In this document: positions 1 to 15,000 of the stretch, in pieces
How positions within the stretch are numbered: position 1 is the stretch's first letter
Layout of the letters: each line of letters begins with the position of its first letter
Assembly (NCBI RefSeq): GCF_009914755.1
Contig: NC_060927.1
Reading direction: 5' to 3' (one strand)
From: the human T2T-CHM13v2.0 reference genome, Homo sapiens
Length of the DNA stretch: 64,000 nucleotides
Program-made: the position numbers and the translations under genes
The notes under the pieces: generated by a model
Told to the model about the DNA's origin: nothing
Databases searched by the model: none
Seen by the model: the letters and a program-made list of their open reading frames with translations, nothing else

Positions 1-535
1 TCTGCTATGAGGGTATAAGAGCCCTTGGCTGAAAAGTTAATAATTTCCATGCTATTTTGCAAAAGCTTACAGCTGGTGTCCCCAGAGTCAAACTTGTCAG
101 ATAAATAAAATTAAGGCTGTAAGGCTGTTATCTAAAACCTACCACAATTCTATTCCCAACAGAGATTTAGGGGAAGATGAAGATAAAGAGAAGAATAATT
201 TCTAAATCAGTTCATCACACACACAAAGGCCAGGACTTAGGAGGCTCTTTTGTGTGAGGGAGGGCAGGAGGGATGACTTTCCCAGCTGTGGTGAATTCCC
301 GCTGCTCCAGGCCACAAGGTGCAATTTCTGGAGCAGCTGGCCACTGTGGCTCTGTCCTTGGCCCTCTCCTAGAACTATTGTACCATAAATTGGCCTGGCC
401 ATTGGACAAATGTGAGGTTTGTCTCTGGATCACTCAATCATGTCCATTGACTTGAAATGCTAGAACTTAGCAGCAGCAGCAATGGATGGGGTGAGCATTG
501 CAGAACAGCAACATGAGGCCTGTGGAGTCCTGGAA

Positions 536-572
536 GATGGACGGACGGATGGATGGATGGATGGATAGATGG
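536..572. repeat. (GGAT)n-type microsatellite
   Basis: gatggacggacggatggatggatggatggatagatgg. Confidence 0.85.
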
Positions 573-705
573 GTGCATACTATGCTGACCATGAATAGAA
601 TTTGTTCTTCCTTCTTATGTATAGCCAGAGATAATATTTTGAAACATCAATTGATATACTTTTTGTCCCTGATGATATGTTTTTATTTTTTGGCTTTTCC
701 ACCGT

Positions 706-840
706 TAAAAAGTAAGACATAATAATAGTATCTTCTTCACAGGATTGCCATGAGAATTAAATGAGATAATCTGGGAAAAGCTGTTTAGCTTCGGTATTAA
801 TTTACAGTAAGGGATCAGTATATGGCAGCTATTGTCATTA
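706..840 (+). mobile_element. MIR SINE fragment (3' half)
   Basis: aataatagtatcttcttcacaggattgccatgagaattaaatgagataat matches the MIR core/3' consensus. Confidence 0.65.
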
Positions 841-1429
841 TCCTCCCCATTTGACGCTAATAAGTTGGTAGAACCTGGATAAGTCCTGCCCCACTAGAAA
901 GCAGCTGCTGGCTTGAATTTCTGCAGACCCTCCCTCTTCCCTTTTAGAGGGAGAACAGCACCATTGAGGCTTCCCAGCACCAGTGTAGACCAGCTCTTCC
1001 CTCCCTTAGTATGACCTGAAGTGGTCACACTGTCTGAGCTGGAAGGAAAATAGAGCTGTGTATATGCTGGGGTTAGGGGTTATAGAAGAGGTCTGCTCTT
1101 TGGTTTTGAAAATTATAACCTATGGGAGAATTCCGCTGTGGTTTCTCAAAAAATCTAGGAACGGAAGCTCTCACTGTTCGTTTTAGGAGTCCAAGCCCTG
1201 TGGCTCTGATGGTCCTTCAGACAGGAAAGAAATGCAGAACCAGGTGGGTACAGAAGAAGAGATGCAGTTTATCCTCCCTCAGCAACTTTCCTGGAATTCT
1301 TCAAATAAACAGACCTGCAGTGATTCTCTGCAAATGGAGGGCATCCCTTGCTCCCACCACCCCTGTACTCACTCCAAAGATCACTGTTTGCCCTGAATGT
1401 CAAATATAGTTCAAAAGGAAGCAGATCAT

Positions 1430-1500
1430 AACTGGAATCTGGCTCTGTCTGGCACTAGCTGTGTCTCTTGGGCAAATTAATTCTCCCCTCCAAGCCCCTG
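1430..1500 (+). mobile_element. MIR fragment
   Basis: ggctctgtc..actagctgtgtctcttgggcaaattaatt resembles the MIR core. Confidence 0.5.
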
Positions 1501-3790
1501 AGCTAAGGGAGAAGAAAGAGAAAGGGCCATCTTTGAGAAGTGGTGTTATTTGAGTTAAGTGGAAAGACGCTGGGGAAATAATCCTTTTTGGCTAGAGGTA
1601 CAGTCTGTGACTCCTCCAGGGGTCTTCTAAGTCCAAAGCCCCCAAAGAGGGCAGGGCTGAGAGCAGACAGAGCCCTCTGTGGCTGCGCAGATGGAGACAG
1701 CTTGATGAGAGCCAAGCCCCCTCCTCCCCATGTGCCACCTGCTGCTGATAGAGACAGCAAAGGCTGGAGCTTGGCAGAAAGGTGATTGTCAAATAGGCGG
1801 CCTCCATGCATGCTTAAGACCTAGATTTTTTTTTCAAAAAGTACATATACTAACTCCAAGAGGACCGTTCTTGAAAGCAGAACAGCTGCTGCGTTTTCTC
1901 TGTGAAGATGTCACCTGTAACTCTCACAACTTCTATTTTTCTGATGCCAGGCGACAATCATAACAAACCATTTTCACCAGTAAAAGCTTGCATCTGCAAT
2001 CACAGTTAATCTGCATGTTTTTAAAAACTGTATTTCAGAAAGGGTCTCCAGTCCTCCAACATAACATCCAAAACACCGGTTCTCTTGTGAGAGATGTAAA
2101 CATGTAAGTGAGATAGATAAGGCATGCAGCTGGGATGAGATCCATTTATAATGAACACGCAGAGCAGTGGTGGGAGCAGTGAGATGGCAGAGAAGCCACG
2201 TGCCCCTTAAAGAACACCCCAAACATGGAAACTCAGCTTTGGGGAGCAATTAAATTAGTAAAAGTAAGATTTTATATTTTGTAAGATTTTTCTCAGGATT
2301 CCCTTTGATAAAGGGTTGTTCCGGATCACTTACAATATAGCATGATTTACAAAAAGCCCATCTGTTCGCAACGTGCAATGTTTGCAAAAGCACAGTGGTT
2401 GGTTTGGCTACAAGAAAGGAGGATCTACTGTTTATGTGAAAATGGCAAAGGCAACGTCCAGATGACTTGCAGAAGCTCTTTTCCTGGAATTCTCAAAAGA
2501 GTCTATTTTCTAAGGGATTGTCCCAGTGAATCATTACGATGACTAGTACAACCGAGATAATTGTCAGTTTGTGAGTAAAGTGATGAGGAAGGAACAGGGG
2601 ATATTTTGTCATACCACCATCAAAGATGATGGAGGATGTTAGAGATGGATAAGGACTAGTGAAGCAAGCTTGTGTTAGAATGAGACGGGGCTTCGGCCTG
2701 GACAGGGGTCATGGGCCAGGAACCAGACAGGCAGTTAAGAACCAAGAAATTCATGGAAGCCAAAGGATAAGGCAAAGTTGTGGTTCTGAATTCAGTAAAG
2801 AACCAGGGGCTCAAATGTCCTGAGACTTCATGCAGGCAGGAAGCAGAGCTATAGGTAGTATGAAGGCTGGAGGGTTCCTTAGCACCAGCCAAGGAACCTC
2901 AGGCCCTGTAGGCACGAAACAGATGAACCACATTTTAGAAGTATAGGATCACTTGCCTGGAAGGGAGAGTCAGAGGTTGGGCTGGAAACAAGGACTCACA
3001 TGTAATGGTTTATCTTTGGAAGCAGTGATGCCATAATGTCCAAAGAACAGGAAATTAAATTTTATTCTCTGCTGCCTCCGGGTCTATTTATACTCCCAAG
3101 ATCTAATCTTTCTGTAACTCTTGTTACCTGAGTAAGGTACATAGCCAACTTGTCAGGTATCCAATAAGAGAGATAAGATGCTCTTTCCAAAGCCACGTCT
3201 ACTGCATATTATTGGACTGAAGGGAGTTCCTCTAGGAAGGAAATTAAATCTTGAGGGCCTCAGCATTTGACTTGCCTTTTTCCTTCCTGCTGCTGCCAAG
3301 CTGCCAGTGTGGTTAACTGGTACCCTAGCTCGGAGAAGACCCAGGTGGGTCTCCACCAAGGAGGCACAGGAGATGTCAACAGTCTCTTCTGCCTGCCCTA
3401 TGACCTTGGGATGTTGAAAACAAGTAAGGAAGCAGGAAGAGAGAGAGTGGCCCAAAGCGATCTCTGCCTGCATCAAGCATTTTACCCAGAGTTATTCCTG
3501 AATACAGGTATCCTGAGCAGAATGCCTAATAGGGAGAAGACGATTGAAGATCAAGCTTCTAAGAGGAATTGTGCATATCTGGGTTGATGCAAGTGGGAAA
3601 GGGGGAGAGAGAAAGGAGAAGAAGCAAAGGGCCCCAGCCGTGGCAAACTACTGCAGATACTTTGTTCTTCTGCATCAGGTAGCACTGATATTATGTTTTT
3701 TTACTTATAAAACATAATAGGAGTAATAAATAGCAATATGTGAATAGCAACATAAATGTACAGATTACAAAATAACTTTTAGTGTCATAA

Positions 3791-4165
<375 letters not shown>

Positions 4166-4868
4166 TGATGACTGTAAGATTTTTCTGGCTCATTTTTCTG
4201 CAAACTCATTTATACTTTTAGCAATTTATTTTCCATTAATATTATTGAAGGCAATGTGAGTTGCTCTTGGCAAATGCAAGACTGGAAGTTGATAATTGAT
4301 TCTTTTTAATTTTGAGAAGAGTCTGATGATGCAACTGTTACTGAGCTATTAAGAGTTTCTACAGACTATGGCAACAGATACGTTTATCAGATAAATTTCT
4401 GGTAAATTATTTTGAAATATATAAATTTTAGCATCTCTAGAGCTGGTGATTCTCATGAAACAATTTTTCTAGAAAGATTTCACTCTTCATATAAATCAGT
4501 TTCATATAGTCTGAATTTAATTTTAAAGTAATTTTATACAATGGCATTTAAAATTTTCATCTAATATTTTCTGTAACTTGTGAAAGTCATATAAGAAACC
4601 AAAAGTGGCTTCATGGTTTTATATAATGCAGAGCTTCTGCTTATGCATTCTATTACCACATCTTCAATTACAAAGGAAATGAGTTATAAAATTGTCCTCG
4701 TTATGTTAAAAATTGGTTCACCTAACACTTTGTATGAAAATTGTGTTCTTTTCCATTGAATGCAATAATATTTAAATTTAATTTCTATTCCAAGGCTGTG
4801 GGTATTTTCTTTGCACTGTTGCAGCAGTTTTCAAAACCAGAGTCTAATCTCATTGAAGAATAACTTCT

Positions 4869-5266
<398 letters not shown>

Positions 5267-5296
5267 TTAATATTTGTGCTGATGGTGCAGGGATGG

Positions 5297-5698
5297 TGCT
5301 AGGGTTTGAATATTTGTGTCCCCTTCAAAATGTATGTTAAAACTTAACCCCCAATGCAATAGTATTTAGATGTGGGGCCTTTAGGAGGTGATTAAGGCGT
5401 GAGGGCAGATCTCTTGTGAATGGAATTACCAACATTATAAAAGAGGTTCCAGGGAGCTGTTCGGCCCTTTTGCTCTTCCTCTCTTTCTCCCCATGAGGAC
5501 ACAGTGTTCCTCCCTTTTGTCCCTTTAACCCCTCTGCCATGTGTGAGAACAAAGCAAGAAGGTCCTCACTAGACACCAAATGCTAGCGTTTTGATCTTGA
5601 ACATCCCAGCCTCTGGAACTGTAAGAAATAAATTTCTGTCCTTCATGATTTACCCAGTCTCACCTATTTTGCTGGAACAGCACTAATGAACTAAGATA
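5297..5698 (+). mobile_element. MaLR solo LTR (MST family, MSTC/MSTD-like)
   Basis: Begins tgctagggtttgaatatttgtgtcccc and ends actaagata; aataaa near the 3' end; flanks gatgg/gaagg (4/5 TSD). Confidence 0.85.
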
Positions 5699-7060
5699 GA
5701 AGGTTTCTGGGGACAGGTGGGCAATCTGGCTGCCACCAGTGGTCCTGCCACCACTCTCACGCAGAGTCCCCCCTCTCTCTCAGTGGCTGTGTGGGCCACC
5801 ACTGTTGCTCTGCTACTACTGGACTGTCATTGTTTTCGATCTTGGCCTGGGTCCTGCTGCAGGCTGCCAGGCCAACCACTTGGCATGCATGTGCCCCTGC
5901 TCACTGTGGCAGTGGACTCAGCCTATCTCACTGCCATCTGGCATCTCCTCTGCCCCCACACACCGTCCTATCTGACTTCATTTACAAAACACAAGAGTCA
6001 GATAAAAACGATAAGATAAGCAAATTCACAGCAGTGACAGCAGAGTGTTAAAACAAGCACAGGGCCTCTTGTGAGGGTGGGCCTAAGTGATGGCACAGGC
6101 TACATTCCCATGAAGCCACCCCTGCTTGTGGGACTAGGTCAGGCATGTGATGGGGCCCCATGCTGGACTTAACATGTCTGGGCATGCATAACTGAGTAAT
6201 AGGGTAAATCCCCTACATCAATTTTCTGGTTTTCCTATACAAAAAAGCACAAAGTATGTGCTTCACAAGGGACTGGGTTGGGAGAATAAGAAGTGCCAAT
6301 TCCTGGACCCTGGCCCAGCCCTGAGGATGGGCATCTGACTGAGCCCTTTGCAGAGTGAGGCTGCAAGCAGAAGCTGAAGGAGCCGTTTTTCTCAAGGGCC
6401 CTGTGGATGTGGAGAAGCCTGCAGGGATGCTTGGGGGTTCAGATGACTGCATGGCACAGAGCCTCCCACAGCTCTGAAGAGCAGTAAGCCAGGTACTGGA
6501 CAACTAAGCACTGCAGAAAGACCCAGTTGGTCTGGTCCCTCAGGGCAGCAGCTCTGGGGGGCACCGCCACAGCTTTTCACTGTGGAGATCAGCAGCAGCA
6601 GCTATGGCAGCATCCTGACCTCACAGGCCTTCCTGCCTTGCATGGAGGAGCCAGGCAGGAGAGGAGCAAGACCTGTAGAAGCCTGGGTGATAGAAGACTA
6701 CTTGTGAGCTGGTGTGAGTCACGCTCAGCAAAGGGGGAAGAAGCAGTAAAATGGGGTTAGAATCATTCCTGGGACTCTGTTTGTAACCAAGGGTTCTAGG
6801 GAAGACTGGTTACAGAAGTGATCTTGGTGTTGAGCACTTAAAGGCCCAAGATGGACCGGTTCTATGAAGGTCGGCAGCATGAGTAAGTAGTGGGGAGATA
6901 CCTTTTAACCTTGTGGGAAGAGGAGAAGAGACACTCTAACCGTAAAAGCTGCCCACGGAAGGCATGGGCTGCCTTGAACCAGTTCCAACACAGATTGTGG
7001 GACTCTGGGTTATGAATCGTGGAGAGAAGATGTAGGAAGAGGGTGGGAGTAAGGAGAGGG

Positions 7061-7248
7061 AGTGTTTTTCAAAGTGCTGCTGGAGGGACTACTTGCATTG
7101 GCAACATTTTGACGGGAGGGTGTTGAAACGCAGACTCCTGGTCTCCACAGAAATTCTAATTCGGTGGGTCTGAATATGGCCTGGGAATTTGCATCTTTGA
7201 CACACACCCCTGACATTTCTAATGTGCACTGAAGTTTGAGAACCACTG
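7061..7248. mobile_element. MER5A-like hAT-Charlie MITE
   Basis: Ends agtgtttttcaaagtg and cactgaagtttgagaaccactg are the MER5 terminal inverted repeats. Confidence 0.75.
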
Positions 7249-7409
7249 TACTAAGGTCTTTGCAGCTGTTAAGACTTGATGCCTCCATATCTCAGCACTT
7301 TTCTTTGACACATGCCCCTAGCATTTCTATGTACATTAAAGTTTGAGAACCACTATACTAAGATCTTTGCAGCTATAAGACTTGATACCTCTACATCTCA
7401 GCACTGTTC
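7194..7409. repeat. Diverged two-copy tandem duplication, unit ~108 bp
   Basis: tctttgacac..catttct..aagtttgagaaccact..actaag.tctttgcagct..taagacttgat.cct..atctcagcact starts at both 7194 and 7302. Confidence 0.9.
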
Positions 7410-7638
7410 TCCCTGCCCTTGCAATAACGATGGCAGAGAGAATCCCTGAGTCTATAACCCACTCAGGTCCCCCATGCCTACACATGAGATACTATAAAAG
7501 TGAGCAGGAGACAGAGTGAGTCTCCTACTAATTTTTTTTTGGCATAAATTAAATTTTCTTTTCACGAAAACACTTCAGCAGTTGTTCAGAATCTGGCTTT
7601 GCAATCCAAACCACCCAAGCACTAAAAGGCACAGGCAC

Positions 7639-7835
7639 CGACAAAGACTATCTCCTTGACAAAGGTTTAGTTGGGCTCCTCTGAGCCTTCTTCTCGACTG
7701 GGCTCAACTTTCTGTGTGCTTCTTTCCTGAGTCCCTCCTACTGCTACACACCTATTGGAATAGTCTTGAATACAGTCTTCTTTGCAGGACTGTATTCAAG
7801 TCTGAACAAGCATCAGAATAATTTTTTCCTTAACA
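7639..7835 (+). mobile_element. MER31-type ERV1 5' LTR (internally deleted)
   Basis: gacaaagactatctccttgac..ggctcctctgagccttcttctcgact matches the MER31 start; ends ..ttttttccttaaca, followed by PBS-like tggtgtcacgactcagac. Confidence 0.75.
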
Positions 7836-9991
7836 GGTATGGTGTCACGACTCAGACAGGATGAGAGTCATCATTGGATCCCTGGGCCTCTCACCCAGGA
7901 CCCCAGGTGCCTACCTTTGAAGCTTTCATCTTCACTCCTGACTGACTGATTGGGGCTCCATTGGTGAGCCCGACTCCTGATCCAATCCAGGCCTCCAGAT
8001 GACAGTCTGTTGAAGAATGGGCAGCACAGATTGTGATTCTTGAGATTCTGAGTATACTCTTGAAGCTGGGTTAGTGTCCTAGGCTTCTCTGCTTGTAAGA
8101 ACTGGGCTATAATCCCAGGCAAACAAAAGGCTGGGTTGGAATCTCAGGTTTCTCTGTAAGAAAGAGGCTGAGTTAGATTCCCAGGCTTTCCTGTTTTAAG
8201 ACATAGAGTTGGGATTAGAGTGCCAGGCTCCATTGTTTGTGAGGTATCATGAGTTATGAACATGGCAGCTTCTCAGTTGACTGAACCTCACCCCAACCTC
8301 CTTCTGAAACCCCTGCTGACTATGTGCTCCACCACCTAGGCACTAACTCTGTCTGCTTCCCTTCTTGTTGATATGATCTTACAAAGGATAATTTGGGACT
8401 TCCCTAAAGTGGCATCTCTAAGATCTCTCTCTTCCTTTTGCCTCCATTCCTCCTTCCATTTTTGATATGCCCTCCTTTAAACCCCCACCTCCTCCACATT
8501 TTTGTTCAGCCCTGCCAGACTTTTCCCTTCCCACTCCAGGCTCTCAACTACCTACACTCACTGGAGCCCCGTTGGAGACTCTATGGGACTCAAGAGCCTC
8601 CAAAAGCAACTACAATATCTTAAAAATGTCCTCCATAATATTGGTAAAAAATATTTTTGCTCTCACATTGGTCAGGTAGCAACTTGTTCCATTCACCAAA
8701 AACACAATTTGGATAAAAAAATTAAAGTGCAGTAAAGACGAGAGCCAACCATTTCATATAAACCAGAGTTCTGTATTACTGTGTTTACCTGACTCATGGC
8801 TACAATTTTAAAATGGAAGCTATAAGGTCTCCATTTGCATCTATCTGTATGTTTATGTATGTACATATGTATGTTATGTATATGTGATACTTTCCTATCT
8901 TCTGATGGTATTACCCAATTAATTTATAAAACCCTATAAAGAAGCTCTATTCTGACAGGCTTAGGGACAAATTGCTTATATCAATTAAATATTTATAAAG
9001 CTCTCAGAAATATAGGAATTAACCCCAATTTTTTTTAAGTTCATGTGACTTTGGGAAATATTTGTTAGATAAAACCAGTTTAAAATTGTTGATTGAATAA
9101 AACAGCTGTCTTCTGAGTTATCACATGTATTAAATTCATGTGAGTGGAATCAAAATTTTATAAATGAACTTTTTGACAATAATTATGTTTTATAATATCT
9201 GCCTAAAAATGCTTTCCACAATCTTTTTGGTAACTTGCAATCTTAAAATTATGCTAAGTAATACATATTCATTAACTATCTAGATTATTTCTAAGTCAGA
9301 TAAACCACTGAAAATTTATTTTTAAGCATAAGTTTAATTTTATATACTTTTGGCTTCTTATTTTTATATCATATAGAGAGGCTACATATATTTAGGTCTG
9401 TTACTAAACATTCTTTTTGCCACATTAAAACAATTGTATTACGAGGAAGCACATACCTATAAAAATTGTGAGATGGTATATTCATAAAATTTGCTGATCT
9501 GCTACAGAATGTTGGTACTTGACAGACAACTCACAATTGTCTATAACCTAGTTTTTTCTGTTACCAAAAAAAGAGGTTACTTATGGTTAAAAATTTTAAT
9601 CAACATATGTAAATAAAGCTACTAGAACTAATAAAGATAAAGGGAAATGACTTGCAAGCACAATTTGCAAAGCAGGAAGAATGTGTTTTTGTATGGGAAA
9701 AATAAAAATAACTGTCTTAAAGTGAAATGACTAGCTGTTCCAGAATAAGAAAGAGGAAAACATAGAACAAAATGAAATAGATATAAAAAATTGTAAAAGG
9801 AATATTGGGCCAGAGCAATTAGGCAAGACAAACAAACAAAGGGCATCCAAATTGGAAAGAAAGAAGTCAAATTAGCCTTGTTTGCAGATGACGTAACCTT
9901 GGACCTAGAAAAATTGAAAGACTCCACTAAAACACTGATAAAACTAATAAACAAATTCAGTAAAGTTTCAGGATACAAAATCAACATACAA

Positions 9992-10310
9992 ACTGAGCGT
10001 AGTGGCTCACGTTTGTAATTCCAGCACTTTGAGAGTACAAGGTGAGTGGATTGCTTGAGCCCAGGAGTTTGATGCCAGCCTGGGCAATATGGCAAAACCC
10101 AGTCTCAACCAAAAAATTTAAAAATTAACCATGTGTGGTGGCGTGCACCTATAGTCCCACCTAACTTGTGAGGCTGAGGTTGGGAGGGTTGCTTGAGCCC
10201 AGGAGCTCAAGACTGCGGTGAGCCATGATTGTGCCACTACACTCTAGCCTGGGTGACAGAACGAGACAGTGTCTAAAAAAAAAAAAAAAAAAGAAGACCA
10301 AACAAAAAAA
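9992..10310 (+). mobile_element. AluJ inside L1
   Basis: ttgagcccaggag in both arms (J diagnostic); A-rich tail. Confidence 0.92.
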
Positions 10311-10614
10311 TACAAATACATACAAAAATCAGTGGCATTTATATACCCAATAGCAAACAATTTGAAAAAGAACTCAAGAAAGCCATCCCATTTACAATAG
10401 CTACAAAAAATATAAAATATCTAGGAATCCTTTTAACCAAAGAAGCGAAAGATCTGTATAAGGAAAACTATAAAACTCTGATGAAAGAAATGGCAGAAGA
10501 CACCAAAAAATGAAAGATATTTTATACTCATGGATCAGAAAAATTAATATTGTTAGAATGACAATACTCAAAGCAATTTACAGATTTAATGCAATCCCTA
10601 TCAAAATACTAATG

Positions 10615-10676
10615 TTATATGCCTACTATGTACCCATAAAAATGTTTTCAATTTTTTTTAAAGATAAAATAAAATA
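10615..10676 (+). mobile_element. ~60 bp extreme 3' tail of a second L1MA inserted into the host L1 ORF2
   Basis: tatatgcctactatgtacccataaaaat resembles the L1MA1/2 terminus; host ORF2 resumes at ~11020. Confidence 0.6.
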
Positions 10677-11051
<375 letters not shown>

Positions 11052-11742
11052 CTAAAATTTATATGAAACTACAAAAGACCTCAAATAGCCAAAGCAATTC
11101 TGAGCAAAAAGAACGAAGCTGGAGGTGCCACACTATCTGACTTCAAATTTTACTACAAAGCCATAGTAACCAAAATAGACTGGCATAAAAATAGACACAC
11201 AGACCAATGGAACAGAATAGAGAAACCTGATATAAATCCACACATTTAAAACCAAGTCATCTTTGACAAAGTCACCAAGAACATACAGTAGGGAAAGGAC
11301 AGTCTTTTCAATAAATGGTACTGGGAAAACTGGATAATTATATGCAGAAACATGACTATAAACTCCTGTCCCTCACGTGAGCAAATCAAAATGAATTAAA
11401 GACTTAAATCTAAGACCTGAAACTATGAAACTACTAGAAGAAAACATAGGGGAAATGCTCCAGGACCTCGGTCAGGGCAAAGATTTCCTGTGTAAGACCT
11501 CAAAAGCGAAGGGAACTAAAACAAAAATAGACAACTGCGATTATATCAAGCTAATAAGCTTCTGCACAACAAAGGAAACAATCAACAAAGAAAAAGGAAC
11601 ACACAAAATGGGAGAAAATATTTGCAAACTATCCATCTGCAAGGGATTAGTAACCAGAATATATAAGGAGCTCAAACAACTCAATAGCAAAACACAAAGT
11701 ATCTGATTAAAGAATGGGCAAAAGATCTGAACAAACATTTTC

Positions 11743-11837
11743 TTTTTGCAGGGGAGGTGGTGAGACAGAGTTGTGCTCTGTTCCCCAAAGTGGAGTGTAG
11801 TGGTGTGATTTCAGGTCATGCAACCTTTGCTTTGCAG
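11743..11837 (-). mobile_element. Short 5'-truncated Alu (right-arm 3' end only)
   Basis: tgagacagagttgtgctctgtt..tggagtgtagtggtgtgat; TSD tgaaca(a/g)acatttt. Confidence 0.8.
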
Positions 11838-13629
11838 TGAACAGACATTTTTCAAAAGAAGACATACAAGTAGCCAACAGCTATATGAAAAGAAATGCTC
11901 AATTCAACATCACTAATCATCAGAGAAATGCAAATAAAAATAACAACAAGATATCATCTCATTCCACTTGAAATGGCTTGTATCAAAAAGACAGGAAATT
12001 AACAGATGCCAGTGAGGATACTATGAGGAGATGCTCATAATTCCATGGAAAAGGGAAACCCTCATACATTGTTAGTAGGAATACAAATTCCTAGTACAAC
12101 CACAATGGAGAACAGTATAAAGGCTCCTAAAAAAACTAAAAATAGAATTACTATATGATCCAGCCATCCCACTATCAGGTATATAACCAAAAGCAAGGGA
12201 ATCGTCCAAGAGATATATGTGTACTCTCATGTTTATTGCAGCACTATTCACAATAGCCAGAATATATAATCAGTCAAAGTGCCCATCAGTGGATGAATGA
12301 ACAAAGAAAATGTGGTATATATACACAGTGGAATATTATTCAGCCATAAAAAAATAAGATCCTGTCATTTGCAGCAACACAGATGGAACTATAAACCATT
12401 ATGTTAGGTGAAATAAGCTAAGCACAGAAAGATAAATATTTCATGTTCTCATTCATATGTAGGAGCTGAAAACATGTATTTCATGAAGATAGAGAGTAGA
12501 CTGGTAGTTATCAAAGGCTGGGAAGGGGAGGGGGAGGAGGAGGTGAAAGGCAAAAAAATTATATATATATTAAAAAATATATAAATGTACTTATTACCAC
12601 TGAACTGTACATTTAAGATGGTAAATATAGTAAGTAATATATGTATATTTTCCCTCAATAAAAGTAAATTTTAGAAAGGGATATTGGAAAAGAAATCTTA
12701 TCTTGTGCAATCAAAACTGGGTAAGAGTAAACAGATTTATAAAGTGTTTAAAAAATGGGCTTCAGTAAAAGTGCTAAGCCTTTTTTTTTTTAGCAATTTT
12801 GTTTCTACATATATTTACTTTTGAATTCTTTTACTATCACTTTGGTTAAGCTGGTAACTAAGTATTGTTTCACAGTGGCCTAGAGTTCTATTTAGTTAAC
12901 TGTTCAAACCTCTTGATATTTTTGACAATTTGGCCTTTCCAAAATAAAATCCTAAATGAAATCTTGATCTTGAACTGACCTTGAGATTTCTCAGGGAGCC
13001 CCTGCAAAATCTCAAAAAATTTGTTCTTTCACTTTCTAAAAACAGCAAAGTTAAAAAACAATTAGATTTATTTGGTATGTTGAATTGCATGAAAAGCATT
13101 GTTACATAAAGAGATGCTTAACCTTCCCTGTGTTATATTTGTATGGGTCAATGTTATTAATATAAATATTTCAGAAATTGTATGAAGTTTGTAGAAATCT
13201 GTCATTGTCCTTGCTGCTCATAACATGTACTGGTAAAGTGTTATCAATCATAATTCCATCATTTTAATATTTAAAATGTTGCATGCCACAGAGACAACCG
13301 AATTTCCTTGTCATTTGCGTATTTTTTATTATGAACTCTTAGCAGATCTTTAGCCATGGTCATTTTAAGGCTTTTGTCATTCACTGATAATTTTTGTTTT
13401 ACTCTGATTCTTCTCTGAAAGCATTCGCAACCTGCTACAGGCAAGCATGCTTCATTTTCAGCAAAAAGGAATTGTCTCAGAGACTCATAGAAAGGACTGT
13501 CAAGTACTCTGGGCTACAGGATTCTGATAGCATTGTTCACATAACTTTGAGACCATAGCACTGGACTGAGTAAGAATTTCCATAACTCTAGTGGAGAAGC
13601 TTACGGGTTCATAAAACTGCTAATCTAAG

Positions 13630-14041
13630 TGCTATGGACTGATGTTTGTATCATATCCAAAGCTCGTATGTTGAAGTCCTAATCCCCAAGGTGGCTGTAT
13701 TTGGAGATGGGGCCTCTAAGAAAGTAATTCAAGTTAAATGGGTCATAGGATGGGGCCCTGATCTAATAGGATTCGTGTTCTTATAAAAAAGAAACACTAG
13801 AGAATTCATGCTCGCTCTCCCTCTCTCTCTCTCTCTCTCTCCACATTTACACAAAGAAGAGGTCATGTGAGCACACAGTGAGAAAGTGGCCATCTGCAAC
13901 CCAAGGGGAGAGCCCTCACCAGACACCAATCATGTTGGCACCTCGATCTTGGCTTTTCAGTCTCCAAACTGTGAGAAGTTTCGTTGCTTATACTGCCCAG
14001 CCTATGGCATTTTGTTATGGTAGCCTGAGCAGACTAATACA
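13630..14041 (+). mobile_element. MLT1A-group MaLR solo LTR
   Basis: Begins tgctatggactga and ends gactaataca; internal (CT)n; ctaag on both flanks. Confidence 0.88.
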
Positions 14042-14702
14042 ACTAAGATCAAGCAGAACAAGAATTAATTAGATGAAACGGAATGAACTGATGAAGAATA
14101 GTTATGGCTTTTGTTTGAAATATTGTTGCTGGATTTAAGGAACCCCTTTCTCTTTCCTCTGAAGCTATCTGTAACTCATTAATAGAGTATGCTTTTGTAA
14201 ACAGAATGAAACATTTACCCTTTATCCTTGCCTAGACTTTCCAGAATTTGGAAAGTCATATTGAGTATTCTTATTTTCACGGTAATATAATTATTTGCAG
14301 AGATGCAGTCAGAGTCTGTTCTCCTTGCACAGTTCAGAGGTTCCTCAGAAAACTCAAAATAGAGCTACCATATGATCCAGCAATCCTACTACTGGGTATA
14401 AGCCCAAAAGAAAGGAAATCGGTCTATCAAAGAGATATCTGCACCCCCATGTTTGTTGCAGCACTATTCACAATAGCCAAAATTTAGAAGTAACCTAAGT
14501 ATCCATCAACAGATGAATGGATAAAGAAACTGTGGTACATATACACAATGGAGTATTATTTATCCATTAAAAAGAATGAGACGCTGTCATTTGCAACAAC
14601 ATGGATGGAACTAGAGATCATTATTATAAGTGAAATATGCCAGGCACAGAAAGACAAACGTCACATGTTCTTACTTATTTGTGGGATCTAAAAATCAAAA
14701 CA

Positions 14703-15000
14703 GGCTGGGCACAGTGGCTCACACCAGCACTTTGGGAGGCTGATGCGGGCAGATTAGTCGAGGTCAGGAGTTCAAGACCAGCCTGACCAACATGGTGAAA
14801 CCCCATCTCTACTAAAATACAAAAATTAGCCAGGCGTGGTGGCAGGCACCTGTAATCTCAGCTACTTAGGAGTCTGAGGCAGGAGAATCACTTGAACGCA
14901 GGAGGCAGAGGTTGCGGTTAGCCAAGATCATGCCACTGCATTCCAGCCTGAGCAACAGAGGGAGACTCCCTCTCAAAAAATAAATAAATAAATACATAAA
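14703..15000 (+). mobile_element. AluS
   Basis: Full dimer with an ~8 bp deletion near the 5' end; (TAAA)n tail. Confidence 0.93.
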
